Below are positions 42,948 to 54,345 of a DNA stretch of 64,000 nucleotides, in pieces. The notes below the pieces were generated by a model. That model had not been told where the DNA came from. It saw only the letters and a list, made by a program, of their open reading frames with translations, and ran no database searches. The translations under genes were made by a program, and so were the position numbers. Positions within the stretch are counted from its first letter, which is position 1; every line of letters begins with the position of its first letter. This stretch comes from an uncultured bacterium (GTDB lineage: Bacteria > Krumholzibacteriota > Krumholzibacteriia > JACNKJ01): contig CAVOFT010000001.1 in the NCBI GenBank assembly GCA_963695095.1, positions 3,136,001 through 3,200,000 on the forward strand, given 5' to 3'.

Positions 42948-44540
42948 CTAGAAGCCGGCGGCCTGGCCGTCCTTGCGCGGATCGGAGGCGGCGCAGTAGC
43001 CGTCGGCCAGGCGCAGCACTGCCTGGGCGCCGCCGAAGTCCCGCGGCGGCCGGTTGCGCACGATCAGATGCCCGCGCGCGGCCAGCGCCTCGGCGACGGC
43101 CGGCTCGATGCCTTCCTCGAGAGCGAGGCGGCCGTCGGCGAGCAGTTGCCAGCGCGGGGCATCGGTCGCCGCCTGGGGGTTCTGCCCGTAGTCGAGCACG
43201 CGCAGGAGCACCTGGAGCTGGCCCTGCGGCTGCATGGGCCCGCCCATCACGCCCAGGCTCATCAAGGGCTGGCCCTCGCTGGTGACGAAGCCGGGCATCA
43301 GGGTGTGGAAGGGTCGCTTGCCCCCGGCCACGGCATTGGGGTGCCGCGGCTTCAGCGTGAAGCCGGCGCCGCGGTTCTGCAGGGCGATGCCGGTGGCCGG
43401 CACGACGATCCCGGAGCCGAAGCCCATGTAGTTGGACTGGATGAAGGAGACCATCATGCCGCTGGCGTCCGCTGCGCTCAGCGTCACGGTGCCGCCCGGG
43501 CCGGGAATGCCCAGCTCGCGCGAGGTCGCCTTCTCGCGGTCGATCTCCTCGGCCCAGCGCTCGAGCAGGCCGTCGTCGAGCAGGCTGGCGGACTCGATGC
43601 TCATGTAGTCGGGGTCGGCGACCAGGCCGTGCAGCAGGTTGAGCGCGGACTTCATCGCCTCGACCTGCAGGTGCAGGGCCGCCGCCGAGTCCACCGGATG
43701 CCGCTGCGGCTCCAGGTGGCGCAGGATGCCCAGGGCGATCAGCGTGGCGATGCCCTGGCAATTGGGCGGCAGCGTGTGCACGCGCACGCCGTGGTAATCC
43801 ATGTGCAGGGGCTTCACCCACTCGGACTCATGGCGAGCCAGGTCCTCGGCGACCAGCGCACCGCCCCCGGCGCGCGACGCGGCCACGATGCGCCCGGCCA
43901 CCTCGCCGCGATAGAAGGCCTCGCCGCGGCTCTCGGCGATGCGGCGCAGCGTGTCGGCCTGCTCGGGACAGCGGAAGCGCTCGCCGGTCACGGGGGCGCG
44001 GCCACCGGGCAGGAAGGCGGCGGCGAACTCGGGGAACTCGCGGAAGCGTTCGGCGGCCCGCCCCCAGGCCGCGGCCGTGATCGAGGGGACGAGGAAGCCC
44101 TCGCGGGCGTAGCGCAGGGCCGGCCCGAAGAGCTGCAGAAAGGGCAGGCGCCCGAAGCGCTCGGCGAGCGCCACCCAGCAGTGCACGGCCCCCGGCACCG
44201 TGACCGCGTCCCAGCCCGTCTCGGGCATCTTCTCGCGCCCGGCGAAGCGGCTGGGGCTCCAGGCCATGGGCGAGCGACCGGAGCCGTTGATGCCGTGCAG
44301 GTGCTCGCCCGTCCAGACGAGAGCGAAGGCATCGCTGCCCAGCCCATTGGACGTGGGCTCCACCACCGTCAGGGCGATGGCGGCGGCGAGGGCCGCGTCC
44401 ACCGCGTTGCCGCCTTCCTGGAGCATCTCCAGGCCGGCCTGCACCGCGAGCGGCTGACTGGCGGCCACCACGTTGCGCGCGAACACGGGCTCCCGCCGCG
44501 AGCGGTAGGGCTGTTCCCAGGAGAGCGCGGAGGGGTCCAT
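42948..44540 (-). CDS. Gamma-glutamyltransferase family protein
   Basis: GGNAVDAA; VVEPTSNGLGSD; nucleophile Thr in GGTVTL; LQNRGAGF; KRPFHTL; SDPRKDG. Confidence 0.95.
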   Translation of the reverse strand: MDPSALSWEQPYRSRREPVFARNVVAASQPLAVQAGLEMLQEGGNAVDAALAAAIALTVVEPTSNGLGSDAFALVWTGEHLHGINGSGRSPMAWSPSRFAGREKMPETGWDAVTVPGAVHCWVALAERFGRLPFLQLFGPALRYAREGFLVPSITAAAWGRAAERFREFPEFAAAFLPGGRAPVTGERFRCPEQADTLRRIAESRGEAFYRGEVAGRIVAASRAGGGALVAEDLARHESEWVKPLHMDYHGVRVHTLPPNCQGIATLIALGILRHLEPQRHPVDSAAALHLQVEAMKSALNLLHGLVADPDYMSIESASLLDDGLLERWAEEIDREKATSRELGIPGPGGTVTLSAADASGMMVSFIQSNYMGFGSGIVVPATGIALQNRGAGFTLKPRHPNAVAGGKRPFHTLMPGFVTSEGQPLMSLGVMGGPMQPQGQLQVLLRVLDYGQNPQAATDAPRWQLLADGRLALEEGIEPAVAEALAARGHLIVRNRPPRDFGGAQAVLRLADGYCAASDPRKDGQAAGF

Positions 44541-44659
44541 GATTACTCCCGACGGTCCTTCTCGTCAGTTTCGGATGAAGCAAGCCGCGTGCGCAACAGG
44601 AAGCCGGACGCCTGCGGACGCCCGGCTGGAGGATCCTCGCTCAGTGTCGGCGGGTCAAG

Positions 44660-47321
44660 CTAGAGACTGAGCCACTTGCTCACTTTCAGCAGGAAGACGT
44701 CGTGAGGGTGCTCGCTGAAGAGCCCGTTCAGGTCGTTGCCGTAGTCGAGGCGGCCCCGGCTGACGACGTCGCTCCGCGCCTGGCTCCAGACCAGATAGAG
44801 CAGGGAGCCGGGGCTGAATTCCCAGCGCAGGACGACGTTCGAGTTGAAGTCGCGGTAGTTGAAGTCCGGGTTGTCGATGGAGTAGTCGGCGCTGCCGTCC
44901 GTGTCCTCGTCCACCTGATAGGCGCCTTCGCTCTCATCGTAGGCGATCTCCTCGCCGCCGTAGCGGTGGAAGCGATCGCCGTAGCGCGCGGCCTGCGGAT
45001 CGGTGATGCGCTTGAAGTCCCCGTAGTGGCCGGCCGTCACGAAGGGGGAGCCGTAGACCTGCAGCGTCAGATTGGGGCTCACGGCGTAGTCCGCCCGCAG
45101 GGTGAGCGTCGACCGTCTCCTGGTCGAGATCGGCGAAGAGGTAGCGGGCCTCGCCGCCGAAGCCGTCCGTCCCCACGTACTGCAGCTCGGCCCGGTAGCG
45201 CGTGTAGCCGGGGTTCACATTGAACTGCAGCGCATTGCTCGGCTTGATGCTCAGCCCGACCCAGTACTCGCGATAGGCGCCGCTGCCCTCGTCAGCCACG
45301 TTGAAGTAGAAGCCGGCATTGGTGCTCACCCGTGAGCGGTGGTCCGAGTTGAACCAGAGGTTCAGCTCGTACTCGCCGGGCAGCCTGAAGGCCGGCCCGC
45401 CGCGCAGGGCGCTGTTGCTGATCTGTTCGCCGGAGCGCGTGTAACCCAGGCCCATCGACATGTTGTTCCGGAACTCGATGTTCGTGTTCAGGTTGGCCAT
45501 GCGGCGCAGGCGCGTGCCGCCGAAGTCGAAGTCCAGCCACTGGTTCGAATTGATGCCGAGCCGGCGCAGGGGACCGCAGGGCTGGGCCGCCCAGCCGAGC
45601 CAGGTGCTCTGGTTGATGACGTCCGCCTCGCGCTGGTAACCGAGGTCGTTGATCTCGAAGCCCGGCGAGCGCCAGCCCACCTGCGTCTCGAAGCGCCAGC
45701 CCGTGGACTTGAGGCGGCCGAAGCGCAGCGACCCCGCCTGGCCGGCCAGGTGCCGGCGATCGGGATCGTAGTACTCGTAATCGTTGTCGGGTCGCTGGAA
45801 GTAGCGCGCCGAGGAGCGCTGGGACAGGGCCATGGCCAGCGAATCGCCGCGCACATCGCTGCCGAGCAGGTTGGCGGCCACGCGCCACTCGCGGCTCCAG
45901 AGCGTGCTGTAGAAGTCGATGCCCCCCGCGTAGGCCTGCCGGTGCATGAACTCCAGGCCCGGCTCGGCCTGGCGGTTCACCGCCGTCAGCATGCCCCCGA
46001 TGCGCGTGTCGCCGCGGCGGAAGTCCCGCTGCAGGCGCCCGGCGAACCAGTTCGTGGCCGGCTCGACGGCCACGTCCCCCTCCTCGCCGGCGTAGGCCGT
46101 CCGCGCGTTTTCGCTGGCCGTCACGCTCTCGAGGATGCCCAGCGACCAGCCGCTGCCCGTCTTGCCCGTCAACTTGGCGGCGCCGAGAATGGAGCTGGCC
46201 TCGGGCATGTCGACATGCTCGGGGTAATCGCGGGTCCACCAGGGCCAGCCCGGCTGGCGGCCGATGCGCCGCGAGTAGAAGAGGATGTCGCGCGTGTTGC
46301 GCCCGCCGGCCATCGCCGGCGCCACGCGGTAGTCGAAGATGTCGTTCCCCTCGATGAAGAAGGGCCGCCGTTCCTGGAAGAAGGTTTCGAACTCGCTCAA
46401 GTTCAGCTCGGAGGGGTCGGCCTCCACCTGCCCGAAGTCCGGGTTGACCGTCAGGTCGAGCGTCAGGTTGCTGCTGACGCCGATCTTGCCATCGAGGCCG
46501 CCCGTGATCTGGCCGTCGCGGCCGTCGGTGAAGGGATTGCCTGCCTCCGCGCCGAAGCGCTCGTGCCGCGTGACCGCGTAAGGCAGGACTTCGATGCGCC
46601 GCTGCACGGGCAGTCCCACCAGTCCCCGCAGCTCGCCGAAGCGGCTCACCCAGCCCGTTTCCTCCTGGCTCTTGGGCTGCCAGAGCGAGCGCTCCTCCTC
46701 GCGAAAAACCCGCCGCTGCACCTGGATGCCCCAGGTCTGCTCGAGATGCGGCTGATAGCGGAGCTGGCTGAGGGGAATGCGCACTTCGGCCGTCCAGCCC
46801 TCGCCGTCGACGGCCGTCTTGAAGTCCCAGATCGGGTCCCAGCTGCCGTCCCAGCTGTCGCCGTCCTGGGAGATGAACTCGTCGCCGCGCACGCCCGAGA
46901 CGCTGGCCGTGAAGGAGTAGGCCGTGCGGTGGTCGTTGTAGCTGTCGATGTTGACCTCGACCCAGTCGCCGGGGAACCAGTCACGGCGGGTCAGGCGCTT
47001 CTCGATGCGCTCGGGCTCGCTGTCGAAGGCGCGGTAGGCGAGGTAGAGATAGCGGTCGTCGTAGAGAACCTTGAAGGCCGTCTGCTGGCTGGGCGGCTGG
47101 CCCTGCTCGGGCTGGTACTCCACGAAGTCGCTCGCCCACTCGACGAGGCTCCAGCAGGGGTCGTCGAGCAAGCCGTCGATCCTCGGACAACCGCTGCCGC
47201 AGTGCAGCGTCTCGTAGCTGCGGCGCGGGTAGCGGCTGGGGAGGCCGGGGTCGGCGGGCTGAGCCGCAGCCGCCTCGACGAGCAGGAGGCTGGCCGCGGC
47301 GAGCAGGAGCAGTCGGCGCAT
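44660..47321 (-). CDS. CBM9-like + DUF5916 outer-membrane protein (frameshift near 45110)
   Basis: PRIDGLLDD; GWTAEVRIPLSQLRY; TVNPDFGQVEAD; FYSRRIGR; NVVLRWEFSPGS. Confidence 0.85.
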
Positions 47322-47464
47322 GTGAGACCTCTCGAGCGGGGGTGGCGGGGAAGCCGCCGGCAACTAGCGTTCAACGCGACGCCGGGTTTCAAATCGCGCC
47401 GCCGAGAGGTGAGACAACACAGGGCAAGGAAGGGTTTGGTAAAAGTTGTAGGCGGGCCTGCGGC

Positions 47465-48736
47465 TCATTTGACCAGCACCAGCTTGCTGAACTGCTCGCC
47501 CTCGTCGCCGGCCAGCCGCGCCAGGTAGATGCCCGCGGGCAGGGCGGCGCCCGCGGCATCCTTCGCCTCCCAGGCAATGGCGTGCTCGCCGGCGTCGAGC
47601 TTGCCCGCGAAGGGCGTGGCCACGCGCCGTCCGCGCAGGTCGAAGACCTCCAGGCGCAGCGCACCGGGCGCCGCGAGCGCGAAGCGCAGGGTGGTCGTGG
47701 GATTGAAGGGGTTGGGATGCGCGGACAGGCGCGCGCGCGCGGTCGGCGCCGCGTCCACGGCGGTGAGATCCGGCAGCAGCGCACGGTAGCGCGTCACCGA
47801 GCCGCCGCTCTTGAAGAGCCAGCCGCCCTGCGCGATGAGGTCGTTCACGGGATGCGCGAAGCTGGGCAAGTCGCCGGTATACGCCTGGTAGTCGGCGAAG
47901 TCCGCCGTGAGGTAGATGCTCTGGCCGTTCAGCGCACCCGAAGCGCCGAAGGCGAGCAGGTTCCCCCGGACGGCCAGGCCGTTCAGGTTGCGCGTGCCCG
48001 TGGGCAGACCCGTCACCTGCTGCCAGCTCGCGCCCCAGTCGGGGCTGCGCCACAGCGAGCCCACGCCGCCGTTGTGGTAGACGCTGAGGATCAGCTCGCC
48101 TCGAAAGACCGTGAGGGCGCAAAGGTAGGACGAACTCAGCGGGCCGGTGATCTCCGTCCAGCTCGCGCCGCCGTCCGCCGAGCGGAAGATGCCGCCCGCG
48201 TTGATCTCGTCCTCGACGCCGATGAGATAGGGCCCGGCCGGGAAGACCCGGTTGATGTCCGCGCCCGCCGGCTGCGCGATCGGCTGCCAGGTGTCGCCGA
48301 GGTCCTCGCTGCGATGCGGCGCGCCGGCCAGGCTCGCGAAGAGCGCGCCGCCCTGAGCCTGCAAGTTGAAGAGCTCGCCCGCCTGGTAGGCCAGGGGCTG
48401 CCACGCTTGCCACAGGCCGGCCAGGCGCTGGGAGCGGTAGTTGTGGTTGGCGTCGATCTGGCGGGTGACGACGAGCCAGTCCCCCGCCTGCACGAGGCCC
48501 GCCACCGGCGCGTAGGCGCTGGCCGGCAAGCCCGGCGCCGTGAGCGCCCAGCTGTCGCCGTGGTCCAGGCTGGTGTAGACGAAGCCCAGGAAGTCGCCCG
48601 CGTAGAGGGCGTCGTCGCCGGCGGCCAGCGCCTCGATGCCGCCGAACTCGCCGGGCTCGGGGACGGGGCTCCAGAGGGCCGCGGCCGGCAGTGCCGATAG
48701 CGCCAGCAGCACGAGAGCGGCAAGCAGAGTTCTCAT
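47465..48736 (-). CDS. Secreted BNR/beta-propeller protein with FlgD-Ig tail
   Basis: Asp-box repeats [44 protein letters not shown]. Confidence 0.8.
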   Translation of the reverse strand: MRTLLAALVLLALSALPAAALWSPVPEPGEFGGIEALAAGDDALYAGDFLGFVYTSLDHGDSWALTAPGLPASAYAPVAGLVQAGDWLVVTRQIDANHNYRSQRLAGLWQAWQPLAYQAGELFNLQAQGGALFASLAGAPHRSEDLGDTWQPIAQPAGADINRVFPAGPYLIGVEDEINAGGIFRSADGGASWTEITGPLSSSYLCALTVFRGELILSVYHNGGVGSLWRSPDWGASWQQVTGLPTGTRNLNGLAVRGNLLAFGASGALNGQSIYLTADFADYQAYTGDLPSFAHPVNDLIAQGGWLFKSGGSVTRYRALLPDLTAVDAAPTARARLSAHPNPFNPTTTLRFALAAPGALRLEVFDLRGRRVATPFAGKLDAGEHAIAWEAKDAAGAALPAGIYLARLAGDEGEQFSKLVLVK

Positions 48737-48830
48737 TCGTGGGGCCTCCCGGTATCTGAGGCAATTCGCTCGTCCAAGCGAACAGGATACCGGAATTGTG
48801 CCAAGAAATCAAACGACAGATTTGCCGGAA

Positions 48831-49826
48831 TCAGCCGGCCTGAGCGACCATCAGATGGGCCGGTCCCGGCAGGCTCAGGCGGCGGACATCGCGGAAGCCC
48901 GCCCCCGCCAACCAGGCGCGGTAGTCGCTTTCGGCGTAGCTGTCGCCCCCGCCCGTCCCCACCAGCATGTTGATGCCGAAGAGACTGGCGAAGGCGGGCG
49001 TGCTGCGGTTCTCGTCGAGAATGAAGTCCGAGATCACGACGAGGCCGCCCGAGGCCAGGGCCGCGCGCAGGGCGGCCAGCAGGGCGGCATTGTCGGCCGG
49101 ATTCAGCATGTGGCAGATGGCGGAGACCAGGGCCAGGTCGTAGCCCTCGCCGAAGCGGCCCTCGCGCAGATCGCCGGCGCGGAAGTCCATGCGCGCGGCC
49201 AGACCCGCCGCCTCCGCATAGCCGCGGGCCAGTTCCACCACCTCGGGCAAATCGAAGAGCGTGGCGCGAGCCTCGGGCAGCGCGGCCAGAAGGGCGTGGC
49301 AGTAGGCGCCCGAGCCGCCGCCGATGTCCAGCAGGCGACGCCGTCCCGCGAGCAGGCCCTCGGCGGACAGGGCCTGCACGAGTCCCGGCGCGCGGAGCCC
49401 CGAGCCCCGGTGCATGGCGCCGATGAAGGCAGCGGTCCAGGCCGGGTCGTCGCTTCGCTGGGGGCCGGTGACGCGGGCGCCGGTGCGCACGCAGTCGGTG
49501 AGCGTGCTCCAGCGTTCCCAGAGGTTGCCCAGGTGGCGGAGCGAAGCGCGCGTGTCGGCGGCGCCGCCCGCGGCGAGGAAGTCCCGCGCGGCGGGCGTGC
49601 AGGCGAAGCGCTCGCCGTCCTTGGCGAGCAATTCCAGGCCCACCAGCGCGTTCAGCAGGCGCGCGGTCGCGCCCGCGTGGGTACCCGCCCGCTTGGCAAC
49701 CGCGGCCGCCGTGGCGCCATCGCCAAGGTGCGTGAAGAGGTCCAGCTCGATGGCCGTGAGCAGCACGCGGCTGGCCCAGAAGCCCCGGGCGATGCTGTCG
49801 ATCTCGGGCGGCAGGGGACGGCTCAT
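48831..49826 (-). CDS. O-methyltransferase (Methyltransf_2 with dimerisation domain)
   Basis: TAIELDLF; LLDIGGGSG; FDLPEV; AGD. Confidence 0.88.
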   Translation of the reverse strand: MSRPLPPEIDSIARGFWASRVLLTAIELDLFTHLGDGATAAAVAKRAGTHAGATARLLNALVGLELLAKDGERFACTPAARDFLAAGGAADTRASLRHLGNLWERWSTLTDCVRTGARVTGPQRSDDPAWTAAFIGAMHRGSGLRAPGLVQALSAEGLLAGRRRLLDIGGGSGAYCHALLAALPEARATLFDLPEVVELARGYAEAAGLAARMDFRAGDLREGRFGEGYDLALVSAICHMLNPADNAALLAALRAALASGGLVVISDFILDENRSTPAFASLFGINMLVGTGGGDSYAESDYRAWLAGAGFRDVRRLSLPGPAHLMVAQAG

Positions 49827-51253
49827 GCGCTTGCACCTCGCAGGCGGGTCACCACGGTTTCGCGGCCCAGGATGGCCGCGACGGCCGGCAGCTCGGGCCC
49901 ATGCGTGCGGCCGGTGAGCGCGGCGCGCACCGGCATGAAGAGTTCCTTGCCCTTCGCGCCCACCTGCTTGCCCGCGGCGCTAAGCGCCGCCTTGAACTCC
50001 TCGGCCGTCAGGTCGCCCCCGGGGGCGGCCAGCAAGTCGGCAAGGGCGGCAAACAGGGCCGTGTTGCCGAGCCAAGGCCGCGCCTCCTCGTCCGGCTCCG
50101 GCGCCGGGCCGCGCAGCGAGGCCAGCTCGCGCGGCAGGTCGGCGGCGCAGCGCAGGTGATCGATGACGGCGCGGATCTCGAGCAGGCGCCGCGCGTCGTC
50201 CTCGCCCGGCAGGAAGGCGCGCGCGGCGGGGAGCAGGGCCTCGGGCCCGGCGTGACGGATCTTGAGGCCGGCCAGCCAGTCGAGCTTGGCGGCGTCGAAG
50301 ACGGCCGCGGCCTTGTTCAGCCGCTCCAGCGAAAACGCGGCGCTGAGTTCATCCCGCGTCATCGCCTCGCGGCCGTCGCCGGGATTCCAGCCGAGCAGGG
50401 CCAGGTAGTTCACGATGGCCTCGGGCGGATAGCCCTGCGCGCGGTACTGCTCCACCGACACGGCGCCGTGGCGCTTGGACAGCTTCGTGCGGTCCTCGCC
50501 GAGGATCATCGACAGGTGCGCGAAGACGGGCGGCGCCGCGCCGAGCGCCTCGTAGAGCAGAAGCTGCCGCTGCGTGTTGGACAGGTGGTCCTCGCCGCGC
50601 AGCACATGCGTGATCGCCATGGCCGCGTCGTCCACCACGCAGGCAAAGTTGTAGACGGGCAGGCCGCTGGCGCGCATTAGGACGAAGTCGCCCAGCGTGC
50701 CGGCCTGGAAGGTGACATCGCCACGAAGCGCGTCGCGCACGGTGACCGCTCGCTCGGCCACGCGGAAGCGGATGGCGTGCGGCTCCTGCGCTGCGCGCAC
50801 GGCGGCATCGGCCGGGTCCAGCGCGGCGCAAGTGCCGTCGTAGCGGGGCGAGCGGCCCTCGGCCCGCGCCCGCTCGCGCCCATCCGCCAGACGCTCTTCG
50901 CTGCAGAAGCAGGGATAGGCCTTGCCCGCGGCCACCAGCGTCGCCGCTATCTCGCGGTAGCGCGCGAGGCGCTCGGACTGCCGGTAGGGGCCGGCGGGGC
51001 CGCCGATGTCGGGCCCCTCGTTCCAGTCCAGGCCCAGCCAGCGCAGGCTCTCCATGATGGCTCGCTCGCTGGCGGCGTTGGAGCGCTCGACGTCCGTGTC
51101 CTCGATGCGCAGGATGAAAGCCCCGCCCATGCGCCGCGCGAAGAGCCAGTTGAAGACCGCCGTGCGCGCCACGCCCATGTGCAGGCTGCTGTCGGCGCTG
51201 CCCGTGGGACTGGGCGCGAAGCGCACGCGCACCTTGCTTGCGGGGGCGCTCAT
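49823..51253 (-). CDS. gltX: Glutamate--tRNA ligase
   Basis: [30 protein letters not shown]; anticodon domain RAALTG..HGPEL. Confidence 0.95.
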   Translation of the reverse strand: MSAPASKVRVRFAPSPTGSADSSLHMGVARTAVFNWLFARRMGGAFILRIEDTDVERSNAASERAIMESLRWLGLDWNEGPDIGGPAGPYRQSERLARYREIAATLVAAGKAYPCFCSEERLADGRERARAEGRSPRYDGTCAALDPADAAVRAAQEPHAIRFRVAERAVTVRDALRGDVTFQAGTLGDFVLMRASGLPVYNFACVVDDAAMAITHVLRGEDHLSNTQRQLLLYEALGAAPPVFAHLSMILGEDRTKLSKRHGAVSVEQYRAQGYPPEAIVNYLALLGWNPGDGREAMTRDELSAAFSLERLNKAAAVFDAAKLDWLAGLKIRHAGPEALLPAARAFLPGEDDARRLLEIRAVIDHLRCAADLPRELASLRGPAPEPDEEARPWLGNTALFAALADLLAAPGGDLTAEEFKAALSAAGKQVGAKGKELFMPVRAALTGRTHGPELPAVAAILGRETVVTRLRGASA

Positions 51254-52425
51254 GCCGGCAACTCCCGCACCAGCGCGATCGCCATGGCCGCCATGCCTTC
51301 GCCACGGCCGATGGCCCCCATGCGCTCGTTGGTGCTGGCCTTCACCGAGACGCGCGCGATCGGGAGCGCCAGCGACTCGGCCAGCCGCGCGCGCATGGCC
51401 TCGATGTGCGGCGCGAGCTTCGGCTGCTCGGCGATGAGCGTGGCGTCCAGCTGCCAGGGCGCGAGGCCCTCGGCCGCCAGCAACTCGCGCACGCGGGCGA
51501 GCAGGGCCAGGCTGTCGGCGGCCGCGTAGGCCGGATCCGTATCGGGAAAGTGGCGGCCGATGTCGCCCAGCGCGGCCGCGCCAAGCAGGGCGTCCATGAC
51601 GGCATGCGTGAGCACGTCGGCGTCCGAGTGGCCGGCCAGGCCGCCGACTTCGCTCGGCACCGTGACGCCGCCCAGGATCAGCGGCCGCGCGGGGTCGAAG
51701 CGATGCGAGTCGAAGCCCTGGCCCACGCGCAGGGCGGGCGCGCCGAGCAGGCGCTCGGCGGCGGCCAGGTCCTCCGCCGTGGTGATCTTGAGATTCGCGG
51801 GATCGCCCGGCACGGCGATCAGCTCCTTGCCGAGGGCGAGCAGCAGCCCGGCGTCGTCGGTGGCGTCCGTCTCGCCGCGGGCGAGCGCAGCGGCATGCGC
51901 GGCGCGCAGCAGCGGCAGCGGAAAGAGCTGGGGCGTCTGCGCGCGGCCGAGCTGCGTGCGATCCAGGCGCCCACGCACGCGGCCCTCGCTCACCTCGAGC
52001 ACGGTGTCGGGCACGGCCAGCACGGGCAAGAGGCCCGCCTGCGAGCCCGCGGCGGCGAGGCGCTCCACCCAGCCGGGGAGCGAGGCCGCCGGCGGAAAGG
52101 GGCGCGCGGCGTCGTGCACGGCCACGAAGCCATTAGTCGCCGGAATCGCGCCCAGTCCCGCGGCCACGGAGGTCTGCCGCGTGGCGCCGCCCTCGACGCG
52201 GCGCAGGCCGGCCAGCGCCGGCGGCAGGAGCGCCGCCACGCGCGCCGCCTCGCCCGCGGGATGCACCAGCACGATGCGCTCGGCGGGGACCAGCGCCGCA
52301 AAGCGCTCCAGGCAATGGAGCAGCAATGGGCGCCCCGCCAGCGGCAGGAACTGCTTGGGGGTTTCCGCACCCAGGCGGCTGCCGCTGCCGCCGGCGACGA
52401 CGATGATCCAGAGGCGATCCAGCAT
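51250..52425 (-). CDS. ispDF: Bifunctional IspD/IspF (MEP pathway)
   Basis: [31 protein letters not shown]; then [25 protein letters not shown]. Confidence 0.95.
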   Translation of the reverse strand: MLDRLWIIVVAGGSGSRLGAETPKQFLPLAGRPLLLHCLERFAALVPAERIVLVHPAGEAARVAALLPPALAGLRRVEGGATRQTSVAAGLGAIPATNGFVAVHDAARPFPPAASLPGWVERLAAAGSQAGLLPVLAVPDTVLEVSEGRVRGRLDRTQLGRAQTPQLFPLPLLRAAHAAALARGETDATDDAGLLLALGKELIAVPGDPANLKITTAEDLAAAERLLGAPALRVGQGFDSHRFDPARPLILGGVTVPSEVGGLAGHSDADVLTHAVMDALLGAAALGDIGRHFPDTDPAYAAADSLALLARVRELLAAEGLAPWQLDATLIAEQPKLAPHIEAMRARLAESLALPIARVSVKASTNERMGAIGRGEGMAAMAIALVRELPA

Positions 52426-52468
52426 GCCGGCAATCTAGCACAGGGAGCTGCGCTGGGCGTGCTATAAT
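52426..52468. promoter_or_regulatory. Divergent extended -10 promoters (ispDF and S8 peptidase)
   Basis: Minus strand: TGcTAGATT six nt before the ispDF ATG; plus strand: TGcTATAAT at 52460-52468. Confidence 0.6.
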
Positions 52469-52499
52469 CAGGGGCCATCACCCTCGGGAGGTCTGCCCC

Positions 52500-54257
52500 A
52501 TGAAGCGTCTCGCCGCGCTCGCCCTGTTGCTTTGCCTGCTCATCCCCGCTCTCGCCTTCGCCCTGGACACGACGACGCGGCCGGTCGGCCCCGCGCGTGC
52601 CTGGAGCGAGGCGGATCTCGCCACCTTCGACCCGGCCTGGCTGCATGTGAAGTTCGTCGAGGGCAGCGCGGTGCGGCTGGAAGCGGGCCGGCTCGTCTCC
52701 ACCCGCGGCGCGAACCTGAGCGCCGTGAACGCGCTGCTGGCCGGCGCGAGCGCGCTGCGCTCCACCTTTGACATGGATCCCGCCCGCAGCGCGGCCCTCA
52801 AGGCCGCCGGCGAGGCGGCCAGCGGCGTCACCGGCCCCGACCTCGCGCTCTGGTTCGATGTCGAAGTGGCCGGCGGCCGCGCGGCCCTGGCCGCGATGCT
52901 CAACGCGCTGAACGCCGACCCGGCCGTCGAGATCGCCCATCCGGCGCCCATCTGCGAGCCGGCTGCCATCCTCGGCGCGGCGGCGCGCGCGGGGGACCCG
53001 ACCCTGCCCCTGCCCTCGCCCGACTTCAGCGGCCAGCAGGGCTATCTCTACAACCCACCGACCGGCATGGACGCCCCCGCCGCCTGGGCCACCCCCGGCG
53101 GCCGCGGCGCCGGCATGCACTTCATCGACGTCGAGCTGGGCTGGACGCTCACCCACGAGGACTTCAACCCCGCCACCTTCTTCTTCCAGGGCGGCGCGGC
53201 CATCGACCCCGGCTACATCGACCACGGCACGGCCGTGCTGGGCGAGATCATCGGCATGCACAACGGCTACGGCGTGAACGGCTTCGCCCCCGACACGAAC
53301 TGGGGCGTGGAGGCCATCACCGTGGGCGAGTGGCCGAACGTGCCCCACCGCTTCCAGGACGCGGTGAACCACCTGAGCGCCGGCGACGTCTGGCTCATCG
53401 AGCTGCAGATGTACCCGCCCGGCCGCGACGCCACGCCGATGGAGTACGTGCAGGTGAACTACGATGTGATCTGGACGAGCTGCTGGAGCCTCGGCATCGT
53501 CTGCGTGGAAGCCGGCGCCAACGGCGCGCAGAACCTGGACAGCGCGGTCTGGGGCGGCATCTTCGACCGCAGCATCCGCGACTCGGGCGCCATCATGGTG
53601 GGCGCGGGCACGCCGACGGGCCGCGTCGCCGAGTACTTCACCAACTGGGGCACGCGCATGGACGTGCATGGCTGGGGCTCGTCGATCGTGACGACGGGCT
53701 ACGGCGACCTCTACAGCACCGGCGGACCCAACTTCTACTACACCGCGCAGTTCAGCGGCACCAGCGGCGCCTCGCCGATGATCGTGGGCTCGGGCCTCTG
53801 CCTGCAGGGGATCAGCCGCGCGCACCTGGGCACGCCGATGACGCCGGCCGCCCTGCGCGGCCTGCTCCACGACACGGGCGTGCCGCACCTGGACCCGACG
53901 AAGGAGATCGGCCCGCGGCCCGACCTGGGCGCGGCCATCGATCAGCTCCTGAACGGCACCGGGGTGGCGGAGACGGCGCTCGGCGGTCTGCGCATCACCG
54001 GCATGCCCAATCCCTTCCGCGCCGGCACGGAGCTGCGCTTCATCCAAGTGCGGCCGGGCGAGGCCCAGCTCGCGATCTACGATGCCTCGGGCCGGCTCGC
54101 GCGGCGCCTGGCCCTCGGCGAGGGCCCGGCCGGCGAGCGGCGACTGGCCTGGGACGGCCGCGATGCGGCCGGGCGCGAGCTGCCCAGCGGGGTCTACCTG
54201 TTCCATCTCGCCGCGGGCGGCGCGGAGCAGCAGGGACGACTCGTCAAGCTGCGCTAG
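52500..54257 (+). CDS. Secreted S8 peptidase with FlgD-Ig tail
   Basis: Signal peptide; IDVELG / HGTAVLG / [24 protein letters not shown]. Confidence 0.9.
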   Translation: MKRLAALALLLCLLIPALAFALDTTTRPVGPARAWSEADLATFDPAWLHVKFVEGSAVRLEAGRLVSTRGANLSAVNALLAGASALRSTFDMDPARSAALKAAGEAASGVTGPDLALWFDVEVAGGRAALAAMLNALNADPAVEIAHPAPICEPAAILGAAARAGDPTLPLPSPDFSGQQGYLYNPPTGMDAPAAWATPGGRGAGMHFIDVELGWTLTHEDFNPATFFFQGGAAIDPGYIDHGTAVLGEIIGMHNGYGVNGFAPDTNWGVEAITVGEWPNVPHRFQDAVNHLSAGDVWLIELQMYPPGRDATPMEYVQVNYDVIWTSCWSLGIVCVEAGANGAQNLDSAVWGGIFDRSIRDSGAIMVGAGTPTGRVAEYFTNWGTRMDVHGWGSSIVTTGYGDLYSTGGPNFYYTAQFSGTSGASPMIVGSGLCLQGISRAHLGTPMTPAALRGLLHDTGVPHLDPTKEIGPRPDLGAAIDQLLNGTGVAETALGGLRITGMPNPFRAGTELRFIQVRPGEAQLAIYDASGRLARRLALGEGPAGERRLAWDGRDAAGRELPSGVYLFHLAAGGAEQQGRLVKLR

Positions 54258-54286
54258 ACCCGCCCCCGGGGGCGGCTGGACTGGAA

Positions 54287-54330
54287 AAGGCGCGGGGGAT
54301 GTGCGAACTTATCCCCTGCGCCTTCTTCAT
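54287..54330 (+). terminator. Stem-loop, possible terminator between the S8 gene and icmF
   Basis: AAGGCGCGGGGGAT / ATCCCCTGCGCCTT stem followed by CTTCATT. Confidence 0.45.
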
Positions 54331-54345
54331 TGCGAGGTGAAGCCC

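Noticed and set aside
44660..45120. Separate 140-aa gene downstream of the DUF5916 ORF
   Set aside because: It is the C-terminus of the same protein, separated by a single frameshift near 45110.
54258..54345. Cobalamin riboswitch upstream of icmF
   Set aside because: The spacer is only 88 bp and lacks B12-box motifs; it contains just two simple hairpins.
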